This document shows positions 33,324 to 35,536 of a DNA stretch of 35,536 nt, piece by piece. The notes under the pieces were generated by a model. That model was given only the letters and a program-made list of their open reading frames with translations, made no database searches and was not told the DNA's origin. The first letter of the stretch is position 1. Each line of letters opens with the position of its first letter. Origin of the DNA: a virus (Duplodnaviria > Caudoviricetes); the IMG/VR virus record IMGVR_UViG_3300011429_000013, positions 1 through 35,536 of that record, one strand, 5' to 3'. Position numbers and translations under genes: made by a program.

Positions 33324-33851
33324 TCAACCGTTCTTAAAGAGGCGTACAACGGAGAGTTTGGAGCCATCCACTACAGTTGTACAGGGAGTAGAGCCTGTAA
33401 TCTGCTCATAACGAATGCGATAGCGATAGTTTATGCCTACTTGAATCAAGGACGTTACCATCCCTGTCGAATTGCCGGTCACAGTGATTGCCGGAGTTGG
33501 TATGTGAGTGATAACTGAAGGTACGGCTACGAATGTGCCTGTGTCTGGGTCTTGTTCAAGCCACATGCGATTGATGCCATCGCCATTGCTCGACAGCATA
33601 AGTTGAAAAGAAAAGAGATAGAGTCCGGCTTCAGCAATTGTGAGGATGTCAGCAGCCATCGAATAAAATTCAGGCGCTGAATTTATTCTTTCTGTGTCTA
33701 AGTTGAGTGTGAATGGGCCAGTACCGAGCAGTATAACCTGGCCGCCTGCATGGTCATACCATTCAGCACCAAAATTTCTCTCCTCAACATCGAGAAGATC
33801 AGCGGAATTGAGTTGCTCCATTGACGCATTGCGGACTTGTACAATTGGCAT
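33324..33851 (-). CDS. Structural protein, C1q/BclA-like beta-sandwich (tail tip/fibre)
   Basis: LTIAEAGLYLFSFQ...GSKLSVVRL pattern; in the tail module. Confidence 0.6.
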   Translation of the reverse strand: MPIVQVRNASMEQLNSADLLDVEERNFGAEWYDHAGGQVILLGTGPFTLNLDTERINSAPEFYSMAADILTIAEAGLYLFSFQLMLSSNGDGINRMWLEQDPDTGTFVAVPSVITHIPTPAITVTGNSTGMVTSLIQVGINYRYRIRYEQITGSTPCTTVVDGSKLSVVRLFKNG

Positions 33852-34135
33852 TACTCGGTTTTCTCCAGCCGGATAAAGTAGAAGCAGTTGTCTAGGGTTT
33901 GTAGGATATAGTCACCTTCTTTAATTTCGACCAGACCATCTGGGGTCAGTAGAGAGTATCGACCTGGAGAGAAAGGATAGACACCGGCTGGAATGGGGGA
34001 ACCGCCATCTGGAATCGAGAATTTTGTAAGATTTTTTAATTGTTTTTTCTCGCTGCCAAGCAAGATAACTGCCATGCTTTTGATGGTCTCAAGTTCAACC
34101 CTTAAATTTAGAGAAGCTACTATGTCGTTGCTCAT
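33851..34135 (-). CDS. Hypothetical protein
   Basis: TPDGLVEIKEGDYILQ motif, common in phage proteins. Confidence 0.6.
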   Translation of the reverse strand: MSNDIVASLNLRVELETIKSMAVILLGSEKKQLKNLTKFSIPDGGSPIPAGVYPFSPGRYSLLTPDGLVEIKEGDYILQTLDNCFYFIRLEKTE

Positions 34136-34136
34136 T

Positions 34137-34613
34137 TTATCTTCCTGTATACATATCCATAGGTTGCGGACCGACACCACCCGTAGCTGAATGATTTGTT
34201 CTTGAAAAATAGAAACCGATTACAATCCCTGTAGTCAAGTTGATGAACTGCAAGCAAATTGAGATCAAAGCAAGCTGTGTAACAGATGTTTCTTTGTTGA
34301 AAAAGATAATAGAGACGACTACTACTGAATTTACAATCACGCCTACACCCACAACAAAAACAGCAATTCGACTCTGAGTATTCTCCCAGATCAGGTTGAT
34401 ATGACGCTGACCTTCTGTTGTTTTGTCCTGCGCCTCTGTAGTTGTTGGGATCAGAGTCGTAGCATCAGACTTCAGAACAGTACCAGGAGCAGGAATTGGA
34501 GTCGGCTGCAATTGATCTGTAGAAATAGCTTGACCGGATTGATTGGTATTGAAGACAGGAACAGGAGTTTGTTCTGGAGAAATCAATACATCAGTTGGTA
34601 GTTGCCTTGCCAT
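34137..34613 (-). CDS. Two-TM membrane protein (holin-like)
   Basis: Two TM helices ending IVIGFYFSR. Confidence 0.6.
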   Translation of the reverse strand: MARQLPTDVLISPEQTPVPVFNTNQSGQAISTDQLQPTPIPAPGTVLKSDATTLIPTTTEAQDKTTEGQRHINLIWENTQSRIAVFVVGVGVIVNSVVVVSIIFFNKETSVTQLALISICLQFINLTTGIVIGFYFSRTNHSATGGVGPQPMDMYTGR

Positions 34614-35536
34614 TAGACTTCTGCCCCTCTCAGTCCTAAACGCGCGCTTCTTTGCTCGTATTTAGATGCCACACCACCTGTAAACTGTACGGCATAAGGT
34701 GTTCGCATATCGAATTCGACTGTCTCAACTCGAAGCATCCTGGGATCAAGATGAAAATCTTGGAAAGGAGAACCCAGACTCGGAATAAAATCAGAAAAGA
34801 ACACCCATTGTCCAGGCTGAATTTTCCAGGGAGCGACCAAACTACCGCTCGAATCGAAGACCTGTCGTTTGGGGTCGCGAAGTTCGAGTGTGTAGTCTAT
34901 CTGAGTGCTGACAGGCGCGTATTTAATTTTTCGATCTTCATAGATACCCAGGATATACCGCTGTAGGGCAGCATCCCCCATTGCCGTCAATCCTCTCAAG
35001 TGTTCCATAGCAAGCTGATCGTCATTTTCAAACTGTGGGACGGCTGTGGCATTGGTTGTAATTTTGGTGTAGTCACTGCTGATCCAGCCAGGATTGGGAT
35101 TGGCATTGAGAACCTGTATCATACGGGTACTGATCGCCACTGTACCTGAATTGGTCGTATAGTTATAGGGGTATTTAAGTGTGGTGAACCAGCCCAGACA
35201 GTTGATTGTCAGAGAAATTTCTTCGCCGGAAAAAGAAAAATTTGAATTTATTTCCGGATGTCCATGCTCACCCAGATACATGCTCACAAGCTGGTCAGAA
35301 TTAGCGTCACTTACTCCAGCCAGAGAAAGAATCAGAGGCCAAATTCCCCACGCAGCCTGGGAAACCAAATTATTCTGAGTGGGTGTTCTTTTTCTTACCC
35401 CGATCTGTGGCGGGTAAACACTGGTATCGACACCAGAATAAATAGCAAAGATTCGATTGGCAATCTGCGATACCGGACCGTGTGTGACTGAAAGACCTGC
35501 TTGGTTGATAGTAATTGAATCGACATAGCCCTCCCA
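34613..35536 (-). CDS. Minor tail protein, 5' truncated by window
   Basis: Frame checked by hand and open to the window end (WEGYVDSITI...); SQAAWGI and IQPGQWV patterns. Confidence 0.65.
   Translation of the reverse strand, partial: WEGYVDSITINQAGLSVTHGPVSQIANRIFAIYSGVDTSVYPPQIGVRKRTPTQNNLVSQAAWGIWPLILSLAGVSDANSDQLVSMYLGEHGHPEINSNFSFSGEEISLTINCLGWFTTLKYPYNYTTNSGTVAISTRMIQVLNANPNPGWISSDYTKITTNATAVPQFENDDQLAMEHLRGLTAMGDAALQRYILGIYEDRKIKYAPVSTQIDYTLELRDPKRQVFDSSGSLVAPWKIQPGQWVFFSDFIPSLGSPFQDFHLDPRMLRVETVEFDMRTPYAVQFTGGVASKYEQRSARLGLRGAEV

Overview
This window is a segment of a tailed dsDNA bacteriophage genome. Nearly all genes are on the minus strand. The host may be Chloroflexota; this is inferred only from the style of the lysin and neighbouring proteins. 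From left to right it contains: (1) the end of a + strand vWA (CobT-like) gene; (2) a ~1.1 kb non-coding repeat region where transcription converges, including a GATCCC(T/C)-rich tandem array; (3) a block of small early-type genes with a LuxR-HTH regulator; (4) an amidoligase and a modular endolysin; (5) a replication/recombination module (primase-helicase, dual-frame C5 methyltransferase, family A DNA polymerase, RuvC-like resolvase, SSB, Sak4-like ATPase, Cas4-like nuclease, SNF2 helicase); (6) a Ro60/TROVE gene and an SPFH lipoprotein; (7) a ~5 kb RNA island; (8) the start of the structural module. The most notable feature is the RNA island. Eight RNAs share one conserved scaffold (terminal stem-UGGYG...GnU[A/G]C[U/A]UC...YUUCC-terminal stem, Y RNA/YrlA-like) but each carries a different cargo: permuted tRNA mimics, a tmRNA-like domain with a pseudoknot, a tRNA 3' end with an internal ACCA, a GNRA multi-hairpin, or minimal loops. 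They are interleaved with four normal tRNAs, two aberrant tRNA mimics, about ten abutting hairpin RNAs, and an HNH gene that split tRNA-Pro and supplies a replacement. A conserved 17-18 bp box occurs at seven promoters, in activator-like position at four and repressor-like position at three. All structures were folded by eye and all protein calls come from motif recognition; no database search was run.
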